From NCBI GenBank assembly GCA_026392045.1, contig JAPLCU010000009.1, positions 247 to 64,246 on the forward strand: DNA of 64,000 bases, in the 5' to 3' direction. The DNA comes from Armatimonadota bacterium. Lineage in GTDB: Bacteria; Armatimonadota; UBA5829. Numbering within the stretch: position 1 is the stretch's first letter; every line of letters begins with the position of its first letter. The notes under the pieces were generated by a model that was not told the DNA's origin, ran no database searches, and was given only the letters and a program-made list of their open reading frames with translations. A program made the position numbers and the translations under genes. Positions 19,938 to 29,443 of this stretch are shown piece after piece.

Positions 19938-20399
19938 ATGGTGCGGCTCATAGATAGCAAGGTTGAAGAGCTTATAAAACGGTCTTTACAGAGCGATTCC
20001 CGAATAGACCTCAGCGAGATTCATGTGCGGGTTGAGGATGGCATCGCATATCTTAGCGGCATGGTGGATAGCGCCGCCGAGCGCCGCGCCGCGCGAGAAG
20101 ACCTGCAATCCACTCAGCAAATTGAGCGAATAGTCGATGAGTTGCAGCTCCGCAATTATGTCGAGCGCACTGATCCCGAACTGCGCGAATCAGTCAGGCA
20201 GGCGTTGATTAGAGATATCGATGTCGACATTCGCCCGATAAAGGTCGAAGCCAATAACGGCGTTGTCACACTCACGGGCAAGGTCGATTCATACTCACAA
20301 AAAACCGCCGCTGAGAACATCGCATGGTGGACCCCGGGTGTCACTGAAGTAATCGACCGAATGGAATTGGACGGAAAAATCAGACCATCGTTCGATTAG
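19938..20399 (+). CDS. BON-domain protein (two BON domains)
   Basis: V.VEDG.AYLSG.V and V.ANNGVVTLTG.V...PGV.EV repeats. GAGG RBS. Confidence 0.85.
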   Translation: MVRLIDSKVEELIKRSLQSDSRIDLSEIHVRVEDGIAYLSGMVDSAAERRAAREDLQSTQQIERIVDELQLRNYVERTDPELRESVRQALIRDIDVDIRPIKVEANNGVVTLTGKVDSYSQKTAAENIAWWTPGVTEVIDRMELDGKIRPSFD

Positions 20400-20453
20400 C
20401 GACATTGGATATTGCATTTCTGCCTAATCTGGCCAAGGTCACCATCATCCTCT

Positions 20454-20646
20454 ATCGAATTGTCAAACCGAACTATTTCTGTGCTCGAGTAATAGGTGCA
20501 TCCCATTTATGACCGTCAACAATTTTCATCACGGAAGCACGGAATTTGTGAATCACGGAAGGGAGCGATAAAAAAGACTTTGGCTCGGCGGGAGCCTCGC
20601 CCTCCCATCGAATTGTCAAACCAAATGATTTCTGTGATCGAGTAAT
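20454..20646. repeat. 40-bp direct repeat pair bracketing REP-like elements
   Basis: 20454-20493 versus 20607-20646, 36 of 40 identical. The insert holds CACGGAA repeats and GGCTCGGCGGGAGCCTCGCCCTCCC. Confidence 0.8.
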
Positions 20647-20653
20647 CAACCGG

Positions 20654-22741
20654 TTGACTGAAACCTCTAGTTGTGTTACGCTTGTGAATGATAGAAAATC
20701 ATCGTTAATTAGGCAAGAGGCACACGTTTTGATCAAGTTGAACAGCCCAGCGCAACGAGATAGCAACAAGCACATCCATACTACTCCCGAACGCGTCAAA
20801 CTCACCGACTTGATGAGCAAGAACGATATTGCGGAGCGAATCATGGCGTTCTGCGCAGATGGCGTAGCCACTGCGAGTGTGTTTGTGTTCGACGATGCTT
20901 CGACGGGGCTCAGCATGCTGGAAAATGAACCAATCGAGCAGATACACGGAGAAAACCCCCCGTGCTTAGACGGGGCTCAGCATGCTAAGCTGCTTGAACT
21001 CATTGACGCGGTTCGCAGCAAGGGTGAAAATCAGTTAGATCACAGTGCCGAAGGGATGCTGACCCTGACCAGCCCAATCTGGCTCAAATACGATGGTCAC
21101 AACTACCTCAAAGGCTGCTTTGCGGGCAGCTTGACTTGTCCCAGCAAACGACAGTTGGAATCATCCGTGCTTATAGCTAAGTTTGTTGCGGACACCATAT
21201 CTGACCGCATAACTTACGCTTTCGGCAGCCGAGTCGCCCGTTACGAGTATCAGGCCCTTGAACATGAGCTTAAACTCGATAGCGAACTGGCGGCGATGAT
21301 GGAAAACATCGGCGCTAAATTGATGGTGGTTGACCGCGATCTGAATATTGTCTGGCACAATTCTGTCATCACAAAACGCTGCAATGGCGTGAGTCCGCGT
21401 GGAAAACTATGTTACGAAGCTATGGGCGCCGTTGCCAGATGTAATCCCTGCCCCGCTGTTATGACGTTCAAAACCGGCAAGCCGCAATTGAATGTGTATG
21501 GCAAGAATTCAGACGGCATGATCGCGAACCGCACATCTGCGATGCCAATTTTAGACAGCGAAGGCAAAATTCACCACGTTCTCGTGCTCATAAATGATGT
21601 GAACGATGCTGCGGAAGCAAGCCAGGCTGCTGCGGAACTAGCTAGTTACAAGCACCTGATCAATAGTTCAGACGACTTCATGCTGATGTGCGATAATAGC
21701 GGACAGGTTCTGGCCGTCAACAAAAAAATGATTGAGACGCTGGGATATGCAGAAAGCGACCTCATCGGCAAACACGGCAACAGCGCCGTTGTAACCGAAG
21801 ACCTGCACAAGTTTCATGATGTGGCCCAGAGCGCCATGCAACTCGGAATTGCCATGGACAGCGTTCGCGTTCAGGGAAAGAACGGCGAGATCATACCCAC
21901 TCAGATGATGCTTGCTTATGATAAAGAACGCAGTGTTTATGAGATCATATTTCGCAATATCTCCGAGCGTCTGCAAATGGAAAAAGAGCTTAGAGAACGC
22001 TCTGAAGAGCTTCAGGCGCAAAATTTCAAAGTCCTCGCAATGGCTGAAGAGCGAGACAGATTTTTCCGCAATGTCTCACATGAACTGCGCACCCCGCTGA
22101 CCTCGATAATAGGCTTCGCGGAACTGCTGTTCGAAGACATAGACGAGCCGCTTTCAAAGAGGCAAAAACAGCAGCTCCAGCGCGTCGTAGGCAATTCACA
22201 CAAGCTTCTGAGCATGGTTAATGATATTATGGACATCAGCAAGATCGACGCAGGCCGCATGGAAATCCATATTGGCTCCCTGAAACTGCACGAATTCATA
22301 CCGCACATCGCCGCGAACCTCACACCGCTTGCGAAAGAAAAAAATCTGGCTCTGAACCTGCACTTGGACGACAAACTTCCCACGGTGCACACCGATGAGA
22401 ATAAGCTAGGCCAAATATTGGTCAATCTAATCTCAAACGCTATCAAGTTCACCAATCAAGGAACAATAGATATCACCGCGACCGCGCAGGCCACGAATTT
22501 CGAGATATCAGTAAAAGACACAGGCATAGGAATCCCCGAAACCGACCTCAAAGAAATCTTCAAAGAGTTCCACCGAGCCCACACCCAGGCATCAAGCGTA
22601 CGCGGCAGCGGCCTGGGCCTGACCATAGCCCAGGGAATGGCCGGGCTATTAGGCGGGAAGATTCTGGTCGAAAGCGAAGTCGGCAAAGGCTCCACTTTCA
22701 CCATAAGTCTGCCGATTGCGCTGAGCGCATCACCTAATTAA
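20654..22741 (+). CDS. PAS-PAS sensor histidine kinase
   Basis: SHELRTPL H-box, NLISNAIKFT, DTGIGI, GSGLGL and two PAS-like domains. True start may be downstream (e.g. 20813). Confidence 0.9.
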   Translation: MTETSSCVTLVNDRKSSLIRQEAHVLIKLNSPAQRDSNKHIHTTPERVKLTDLMSKNDIAERIMAFCADGVATASVFVFDDASTGLSMLENEPIEQIHGENPPCLDGAQHAKLLELIDAVRSKGENQLDHSAEGMLTLTSPIWLKYDGHNYLKGCFAGSLTCPSKRQLESSVLIAKFVADTISDRITYAFGSRVARYEYQALEHELKLDSELAAMMENIGAKLMVVDRDLNIVWHNSVITKRCNGVSPRGKLCYEAMGAVARCNPCPAVMTFKTGKPQLNVYGKNSDGMIANRTSAMPILDSEGKIHHVLVLINDVNDAAEASQAAAELASYKHLINSSDDFMLMCDNSGQVLAVNKKMIETLGYAESDLIGKHGNSAVVTEDLHKFHDVAQSAMQLGIAMDSVRVQGKNGEIIPTQMMLAYDKERSVYEIIFRNISERLQMEKELRERSEELQAQNFKVLAMAEERDRFFRNVSHELRTPLTSIIGFAELLFEDIDEPLSKRQKQQLQRVVGNSHKLLSMVNDIMDISKIDAGRMEIHIGSLKLHEFIPHIAANLTPLAKEKNLALNLHLDDKLPTVHTDENKLGQILVNLISNAIKFTNQGTIDITATAQATNFEISVKDTGIGIPETDLKEIFKEFHRAHTQASSVRGSGLGLTIAQGMAGLLGGKILVESEVGKGSTFTISLPIALSASPN

Positions 22742-22850
22742 GCCGCACCCGATCTTTCCGGACTTCAGTCCCGAAACGAACCAGGAATTGGTCGCGAGGG
22801 CGAGTCCCTTCCCGGCTCTCCGCTCTCCACTCTCAGCTTTCCACTCCTTC

Positions 22851-23927
22851 TCAACTTCGCCCGGCGTTCTTCCTGATCTCCGCTATTTGCTCCTCGGTCA
22901 GGGCTTTTTCGAAGCTCCTGAAACCGGCGAGTTTGAAGCCGTGTTTGTTGGCAATCTTGGTGATTTGCTCGACTTGTTCTACCGAGACATCCTTGCCAAG
23001 GGTGAAATTTTCGTAGCGGCCATCGAGAGCGAGCATTATTGTTTCGGACATACATGCATAGGCGGTCTTTGGGGGGAAGCCGAAGTTGAAATTGAAGTTA
23101 GCGTCTTCGCCGGGAATCTGCACCACACCGCCTTCGATCACCAATACATCGTTGCGCTCCTGCTGAACCCGCACTGAGACATCGCGGGGGCGGGCAACAT
23201 CGCAAACCACGGCGCCGCGCCTGATGAAGCTTGGCTCTATAATGGCGTCAACCGCGCTTGAGACTGTGACAACTATATCGGCGTCCTTTATCCCAGCTTC
23301 TACATCGGTGGCTGTTGCGATATTTGCGCTGACTTTGCCTGAAAGCTGCGCGGCAAAATCGTCGAGCTTGTCCTGACTGCGGCCGACGAGCGTCACCGCT
23401 GCGGAGCCCTTGCCGAACATCTCTGCGCAGGTCTTGCCGATGGAGCCGGTCGCGCCGACCACTGCCACATGCGCCTTGGCGGGGTCGATTCCCATTATCT
23501 CTGCCGCCCGCAGCGAGCCCGCAATGGCTGTGGCGACGGTGTAGCTGTTGCCTGTGGTTACAGCTATATTGGAGTTTTTCGCAACGGTAATTCCGCCATC
23601 GCCCACCACCGATGTGAACGCGCCCAGGCCGATGATCTTCGCTCCTTTATCCTCGGCGATTCTCATCGTGGCGATAATCTTTTTCCAGACCTCGTCTATA
23701 GGCAGGTTCATCATCAGCTTGGGCGTGAGCGGGCAGCCCACAAACCATCCCTCTGCCTCAGCGCCGGTGAGGGACTTTATCCCGGTGATGTGCGAAACTT
23801 CAATCGGGTTCTTGTAACGCAAAGCGAACTCAATCCAAGATTCGGGCAGCGCCTTCACAAACGGGTATTTCCGCGCAACATCTTTCTTTGCGGATAAGGG
23901 GTGGATTATAAATGCGAATTTTTCCAA
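22851..23927 (-). CDS. Acyl-ACP reductase-like / shikimate dehydrogenase-like Rossmann oxidoreductase
   Basis: FAFIIHP, GLGAFTSVV, TTGNSYT, VVGATGSIG, CDVARP, ACMSE (conserved Cys). Confidence 0.75.
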   Translation of the reverse strand: MEKFAFIIHPLSAKKDVARKYPFVKALPESWIEFALRYKNPIEVSHITGIKSLTGAEAEGWFVGCPLTPKLMMNLPIDEVWKKIIATMRIAEDKGAKIIGLGAFTSVVGDGGITVAKNSNIAVTTGNSYTVATAIAGSLRAAEIMGIDPAKAHVAVVGATGSIGKTCAEMFGKGSAAVTLVGRSQDKLDDFAAQLSGKVSANIATATDVEAGIKDADIVVTVSSAVDAIIEPSFIRRGAVVCDVARPRDVSVRVQQERNDVLVIEGGVVQIPGEDANFNFNFGFPPKTAYACMSETIMLALDGRYENFTLGKDVSVEQVEQITKIANKHGFKLAGFRSFEKALTEEQIAEIRKNAGRS

Positions 23928-24027
23928 TGTTTACTCCATATAACAGGGAAGGGCGAGGCTCCCGCCGAGCTTGGTATCTTCGTAGTGATGCGGCTCAGGG
24001 GGACTTTCGCCCTCCCGAGCTTAACCG

Positions 24028-24942
24028 TCAACTCAAATTATTAATAGTCGGTTTCCAGTCCATTTTGACCAGAAGCGACTCGTAATCTTCTATTGTTACG
24101 TCCTCGGGTTTCTTAGCCAGGAGGGTGATTAGAACTCCCTCAAGCACGTTTGTTGCGTAATGGCGGCCGTCGTATTCGGGAGTTGCCGTTACGAGCATTT
24201 TTACGCCGCGGTCTATGAGCATTTTGGTGTCTTCTGCGGTCACGGTGTTGGTAACGATCACCTTGCCCGCAAGCGCACCGGATTCGACTGTGGGCATACT
24301 TTTCTTGATAATCAAATAGTCGCCGGCGATTACATCAGCCCATTTATAATATTTCTCATACTTTGGCTCAATTTTTTCCTGTTTTTCGCCGGTGGGGTAG
24401 AGCCACTGAAACGGCACGCGAGATATTATCGGCATAAGAATCGATGCCGCAGTCCTGACCGCGCCATAACTGCGCATCGGAATGGGCAGGCCGAGCATAA
24501 ACATAAGGTCTCCATAGACCACATTTTTTGCCAGTTTTGCGATGGTTTGCGCCATTCCGAATCTATCCACCGCGCAAACAACCATTACCTTGCTCTTCCC
24601 GAAATCGACAAGACCATTTGCCTGTAAATATTCTATGGTTTTGCGCTCGAGTGTGTTTTTTACGCCGCTTCCGTCCACCACGGGTGTGATTTTGGCGTTT
24701 GACGCCAGCCGCTGGGCATCGCGAAACGTATAACGGCGCTTGTCGGTCCAGACATAGCGGTCTATGCCGCCGAGGCCGATGGCGTCCACTTTGCCGTCCA
24801 GTTCACGCACCATTGCAGCGAATTTTTCCATATTGCCGTCGGTGCCGATTCGTGAAATCTCGAACTTTTGGCCCAACAGCTCTATTTGTGATGTCTTATC
24901 ACGCTTCGAAGAGCCCAGGCTCACACTTACAACGCGCTTCAT
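24028..24942 (-). CDS. Conserved protein of the family often labelled quinate 5-dehydrogenase (function unproven)
   Basis: VVSVSLGSSKRD, RIGTDG, DGSG.KNTLE, DRFGMA, TNVLEG motifs. Confidence 0.65.
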   Translation of the reverse strand: MKRVVSVSLGSSKRDKTSQIELLGQKFEISRIGTDGNMEKFAAMVRELDGKVDAIGLGGIDRYVWTDKRRYTFRDAQRLASNAKITPVVDGSGVKNTLERKTIEYLQANGLVDFGKSKVMVVCAVDRFGMAQTIAKLAKNVVYGDLMFMLGLPIPMRSYGAVRTAASILMPIISRVPFQWLYPTGEKQEKIEPKYEKYYKWADVIAGDYLIIKKSMPTVESGALAGKVIVTNTVTAEDTKMLIDRGVKMLVTATPEYDGRHYATNVLEGVLITLLAKKPEDVTIEDYESLLVKMDWKPTINNLS

Positions 24943-25906
24943 TCAATACCTCTAAAATCTCTTCGACTGACTTAGTTGTCATTACCCGCGCTCGCAGCTT
25001 GGGCGCGCCCGGCATGCCTTTGAAGTAATGCACCAGATGTCCGCGCAGCTCTCGCGCGGCGCGGGCATAACCGAGAATCCCCGCAAGTATTGAGGCGTGC
25101 TCAATAGCGGCTTCCATGCGCTCGGCATAAGTAGGTTCCGGCGGAACAATGCCTGTGCGCAGATATTCGGCGCTATGCGCGAATATAAACGGATTTCCAA
25201 GCGCCGCTCTGCCGATCATCACGCCGTCGCAGCCGGTTTGTTCCATGATCCGCGCGGCGTCTTCGGGCGTTTTGACGTCGCCATTGGCAATAACGGGAAT
25301 GCCGACCAGCTTCTTTACCTCGCCTATTATATCCCAATCCGCCGCTCCTGAATATCCCTGAGAAGCGGTTCGAGCGTGAACGGTAATAGAATCCACCCCG
25401 CAAATCTGGGCTGTCTTAGCCAATTCGAACACCGCGCGGTCATCTGCGGCCCAGCCAATTCGACATTTTATGGATAATGGAACGTTCAAAACCTGCCGCG
25501 TGGCGATCAATATCTCACGGCAAAGATCGATGTTCTTCAGCAGCATTGCGCCTGAGCCGCTTTTGGCTACTTTGGGCACGGGGCAGCCGAAGTTAACATC
25601 CACAATATCATCGCCCCAGTCCTGCAGCGCCCGCGCGCCAATCGCGACGGTTTCTGGGTCGCCTGCAAAGACCTGCGCGGAAATCGGGCGCTCTTCATCC
25701 GTCCAATCTATCATGGACTTCGTGCGGGGGTCGCGGAACTTGATCGCATACGCGCTGAACATTTCAGTCGACACCAGCCCCACCCCACCCAGGCGTTTGC
25801 AGACAATTCTGAACGCATGATTAGTCACCCCAGCCATTGGAGCAAGCGCCAGAGGAGGATCGATCACTACATTTCCTATCTTAAAGGGGTTCAAAACACT
25901 CTCCAA
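24899..25906 (-). CDS. dusB: tRNA-dihydrouridine synthase B
   Basis: LAPMAGVT, NFGCP, VHART, ANGD, GVMIGR. Confidence 0.92.
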   Translation of the reverse strand: MESVLNPFKIGNVVIDPPLALAPMAGVTNHAFRIVCKRLGGVGLVSTEMFSAYAIKFRDPRTKSMIDWTDEERPISAQVFAGDPETVAIGARALQDWGDDIVDVNFGCPVPKVAKSGSGAMLLKNIDLCREILIATRQVLNVPLSIKCRIGWAADDRAVFELAKTAQICGVDSITVHARTASQGYSGAADWDIIGEVKKLVGIPVIANGDVKTPEDAARIMEQTGCDGVMIGRAALGNPFIFAHSAEYLRTGIVPPEPTYAERMEAAIEHASILAGILGYARAARELRGHLVHYFKGMPGAPKLRARVMTTKSVEEILEVLNEARCKCEPGLFEA

Positions 25907-25989
25907 AATTGCATTGCACTTTTGTTTATTATAACAGATGTAGGGGGTCTTGATTTTGGGAATTTTGAGCGGTTTATCTCACGGAGTTA

Positions 25990-26019
25990 GCTACGGGATG
26001 AAAACAGTCCTGAAGCATA
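25990..26019 (-). repeat. Degenerate copy of the 26-bp CTTCGGGAC palindrome family
   Basis: GCTACGGGATGAAAACAGTCCTGAAGCATA resembles the reverse complement GCTTCGGGACGAAAAACAGTCCCGAAGCATA of the copy at 45812. Confidence 0.55.
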
Positions 26020-26041
26020 TAAATAGAATGAACAGGAGCAC

Positions 26042-26070
26042 TTCAAAAGGAACGAACAAAATGCTATAAT
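26042..26070 (+). promoter_or_regulatory. Sigma70 promoter for the methyltransferase
   Basis: TTCAAA-17 nt-TATAAT with an extended TG. Confidence 0.55.
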
Positions 26071-26089
26071 ATAGGCGATTAAGAGCAAA

Positions 26090-27067
26090 ATGAAATGCAT
26101 TACTAAATCAGGAGAAACAATGGAAGCAATCATCAACATTCTGCCAGAGACGGACTGCATATTGGAAGGTGATTGCCGTACCTTGTTGCGGCGGTTTCCG
26201 ACTGAGCATTTTTCAGCCTGCATAACAGACCCACCTTATAATTATGAGTTTATAGGGCGTACCTGGAATGAAGATGAGATAACGCGAAGGTTGGAGCGCA
26301 TTCAGAACTCCAAAACACTTGTAAAGAATATTCCATATGGAAGCGGGCTAGCAGGGGGGGTAAGAAACGAGCGATGGTACGCGCGTAATCGAGAGAACAT
26401 AGAACAGTATCAAAAATGGTGCAAGGAGTGGGCAGATGAGTTGTTTCGTACACTTCGCCCGGGAGCGTATGTAATGGTCTTTAATAGCACCCGAACGATT
26501 GCGCATGTTCAGGTCGCACTGGAGGACGCAGGATTTTATGCACGCGACATACTTGTGTGGCGACGTCATTCCGGTATTCCCAAAGGACTAAACTTTTCGG
26601 ATAAAATGGGTAAGTTGGGTGACGAGAAGGCAGCTTCGCGTTGGACAGGATGGCATAGCTGTCTGCGCAATGAATGGGAAGCTATATGCTTGCTCCAGAA
26701 ACCGCTTCTTAATAACTACATTGAGACAATAAAGAAATCGGACGTTGGGCTGCTACATGCTGAGGATGGATTTGGCTTTGCGTCTAACATAATTGACGGG
26801 ATTGGCAGATCGTTAGATGATAAGACAAGTGAGCATTGCACAGTGAAGCCGCTTGATTTGATGCGCTATCTAATACGACTGGTCGTTCCGCAGTCACACG
26901 ATCATATAGTGCTCGATCCTTTCGCCGGGACAGGAACGACATGTGTGGCGGCACATGAATATGGCGTCGGTTATGTGGGAATCGATATAAACCAGCGTTA
27001 TTGTGAAATTGCACGTGAACGTTTGATGGTAATTGGTCAAGTGCCCACCCAGAAAGCACTATTCTGA
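26090..27067 (+). CDS. Site-specific DNA methyltransferase, beta class (m6A/m4C)
   Basis: ITDPPY (motif IV) precedes H.TVKP and VLDPFAGTGTT (motif I). Confidence 0.92.
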   Translation: MKCITKSGETMEAIINILPETDCILEGDCRTLLRRFPTEHFSACITDPPYNYEFIGRTWNEDEITRRLERIQNSKTLVKNIPYGSGLAGGVRNERWYARNRENIEQYQKWCKEWADELFRTLRPGAYVMVFNSTRTIAHVQVALEDAGFYARDILVWRRHSGIPKGLNFSDKMGKLGDEKAASRWTGWHSCLRNEWEAICLLQKPLLNNYIETIKKSDVGLLHAEDGFGFASNIIDGIGRSLDDKTSEHCTVKPLDLMRYLIRLVVPQSHDHIVLDPFAGTGTTCVAAHEYGVGYVGIDINQRYCEIARERLMVIGQVPTQKALF

Positions 27068-27622
27068 ACCCCGCGTAATGCAGTGTGATGTCGCGCACAT
27101 CCGCAACCAGCTCTGTAAGTCAATTCCTGTTTTGGTGCATATATAATCGAACGTCTGCTGTGCTGTGTATACTGTCCATCCACCGGTAATACAGGCAGTA
27201 AGTGCCGCTGGCAAGTTATCATCGCGCACTATGAGCAACACTGGACGAAATCCCTCCGCAGTCAGAGCTTTACCGTATTGCTTGAACTTCTTGAGGGTTC
27301 CAGAGTCACCCGATCCGATTCGATATTTAGTGTCAATTGCATCTAGCCCGCACATTAAATCGCACAATTCATCATTGTTATCGCGGTATCCGTGCGCAAA
27401 ATCTTGGCAATTCACGCGAAAGAGCGCAGTAATGATCAATTGCCAGCACATTCCCAACTCCCTGCCCCAATACTGCCGGTTCTCTCGCTTCAGCTCTGGT
27501 GATATGCTGAAGACATCCATCAAGACGTCTATGTCATTGTTTTCGTCGCCATAAGTCTTGCTCGAAAACGAATCAGAATACTGGCTAAGTATCTCAGTCA
27601 GTGCTTGCTGCCATTCATTCAT
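27059..27622 (-). CDS. Putative type II restriction endonuclease (PD-(D/E)xK, possibly distant ApaLI-like)
   Basis: CDLMCGLDAIDTKYR motif. Convergent with and overlapping the MTase, coupled to the HTH gene. Start MNEWQQ at 27622. Confidence 0.65.
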   Translation of the reverse strand: MNEWQQALTEILSQYSDSFSSKTYGDENNDIDVLMDVFSISPELKRENRQYWGRELGMCWQLIITALFRVNCQDFAHGYRDNNDELCDLMCGLDAIDTKYRIGSGDSGTLKKFKQYGKALTAEGFRPVLLIVRDDNLPAALTACITGGWTVYTAQQTFDYICTKTGIDLQSWLRMCATSHCITRGSE

Positions 27623-27860
27623 TGCTGCTCTCCATAATCTCATCAACTAGCGCAGAAACAGTTACTCCATACAACTGAGCAAAATACATTGCCTCAATTG
27701 CGTCAATACGCCGTTCTCCAGATTCGCATTTTGCAACAAAGGATTGCGGTTTCCCGAGGCGTCGCGCCACCTCCGCCTGAGAGAGATGTGCTTTCTTTCT
27801 TGCTTCGCGCAGATGCATCAAAAAAGTTTGGTATTTGTTAGAGTGAACTTGCTTGCTCAT
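27615..27860 (-). CDS. XRE/HTH controller (C) protein
   Basis: LSQAEVARRLGKPQSFVAKCESGERRID. Start MSKQVH after GGAG. Overlaps the REase start. Confidence 0.85.
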   Translation of the reverse strand: MSKQVHSNKYQTFLMHLREARKKAHLSQAEVARRLGKPQSFVAKCESGERRIDAIEAMYFAQLYGVTVSALVDEIMESSNE

Positions 27861-27890
27861 ATATACTCCATGATATCGCTGCTTGCTAAT

Positions 27891-27907
27891 TATCCCATAT
27901 CGGGATA
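27891..27907. promoter_or_regulatory. Putative C-box operator palindrome
   Basis: TATCCC-ATATC-GGGATA, 30 bp upstream of the C gene. Confidence 0.55.
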
Positions 27908-28467
27908 TCGTGGCTGCAACCATTCATTCGGTTTTTCGGGATTTGAGGGTTGGAGCACGATCTAGCAAGCTCTGATCTAAGCATTCAACCCAACCCCTTC
28001 CTTCCCCTCTAAAACCTAACACCTCCTGCCATCTGAGCTCAAAACCACCCCTGTGCACAATCTGCGAACAAGATTTAATCAAATCATACCGAAAATTTAG
28101 CCAAATAATGGCATTCTCGCCGTCTAGTACATGAGGGACAAATTTTTTTGGCAGTTCCTTCCGGGCTCTCTGCTCTCTGCCATCCCTTCTGAGGCTCCCG
28201 CCGAGCCGCTTCCTTTGTTCGGGCGGAATCTCTGATCCGCCCGCTTTCGTTCCGCACTTTTTAGACCCAAATTTCGCTATTATGGAAGGAACGAAATCAG
28301 CTCAATTCACGCTCAGCGACCATTTCGTTTTGTGGAGAAAAACTATTTGAACACAAAATGCAATATGCAAAGAGATTGAATGTTATAGTTTAAGTGGCAG
28401 CTAACTATATAGCCGCTAATAGTGTAAAATATCACTTAGGAAAGCATACGCACACGGAGGTTCAACC

Positions 28468-29400
28468 TTGAAAGATATTCATGCGTATAAGCTCGGCGAC
28501 GGCTGCTCGTGCTCCATAGCGGCGGGGTGGGGATGCAATTTGTTTTCGTGGAAAGCAGGCGGCGTAGAGCTTATGTATTGCCCCGAAGACCTTCCGCAGA
28601 CCGCTCAGAAGATCACCGGCGGCGGGAACCCGATACTTTTCCCATCGGTCGGGCGGACGTGGGATCATTCGTCTGGGGAGCCTGTCGCGGGTGTATACCG
28701 AGTTTTCGAGCACGAAAAGCCCTACTTCATGCCATCGCATGGGGCGCTCTTTATGAGCGAATTTCGCAAAGTAGACGAGCAAATCGCCTCTGACAGCATA
28801 ACTGCGGCTTACGAAACCCGAATATCTGAAAAGATTCGAGAGGAAAACTATCCGTTTGACCTCAGCCTGACCCAGCGCTTCACCCTCAAGGCAAATAGCG
28901 TGGAGCTCGAATCAATCATAACCAACCACGGCGGCACCCCAGCTCCGTGCGCTTTCGGTTATCATCCGTATTTTGCTATATCAAACCCGAAACGCGAGGG
29001 AATCACCGTGCGCATGCCCGTCAGGAAACGTCTTCTGCTTACGCCCGATACCATACTACTCACCGGCGAAAGCGAGCCGACCGACGGCATTTTTGACCTC
29101 CAGCCCGATGTCCACTATGATCAGCCCTACGGCGAGCCAACGGGCACGCGAATGTCGATCATTGACCATATCGCGGGCCATACGATAAATGTGGATTTTG
29201 ATAAGAAATGCGAGCTTTTCTTGCTATATTCGCCCGCCGGCTCAGATTTCGTATGTATCGAACCCTGGACACGCGGTCTGGGCGCTTTCGAGCATCTCAA
29301 AGAGCCTGGCTGGGAAGATGGCAAGCTGATACCTGTGCTGCAGCCAGGGGAAGCGATGGACTTCAAGGCAACATTCAGCGTGAATTGGGGGCGGACATAG
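28468..29400 (+). CDS. Aldose 1-epimerase family protein
   Basis: GGNPILFP, HG, YPF, FGYHPYF, FVCIEPW. Confidence 0.88.
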   Translation: MKDIHAYKLGDGCSCSIAAGWGCNLFSWKAGGVELMYCPEDLPQTAQKITGGGNPILFPSVGRTWDHSSGEPVAGVYRVFEHEKPYFMPSHGALFMSEFRKVDEQIASDSITAAYETRISEKIREENYPFDLSLTQRFTLKANSVELESIITNHGGTPAPCAFGYHPYFAISNPKREGITVRMPVRKRLLLTPDTILLTGESEPTDGIFDLQPDVHYDQPYGEPTGTRMSIIDHIAGHTINVDFDKKCELFLLYSPAGSDFVCIEPWTRGLGAFEHLKEPGWEDGKLIPVLQPGEAMDFKATFSVNWGRT

Positions 29401-29443
29401 TATGCCCGCCTAATACTTATAACTTATAACTCAGAACTCAAAA

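Noticed and set aside
25907-28460. Integrase-driven genomic island or integron at dusB
   Set aside because: No integrase, no duplicated dusB 5' end and no convincing attC (RYYYAAC...GTTRRRY) structure were seen.
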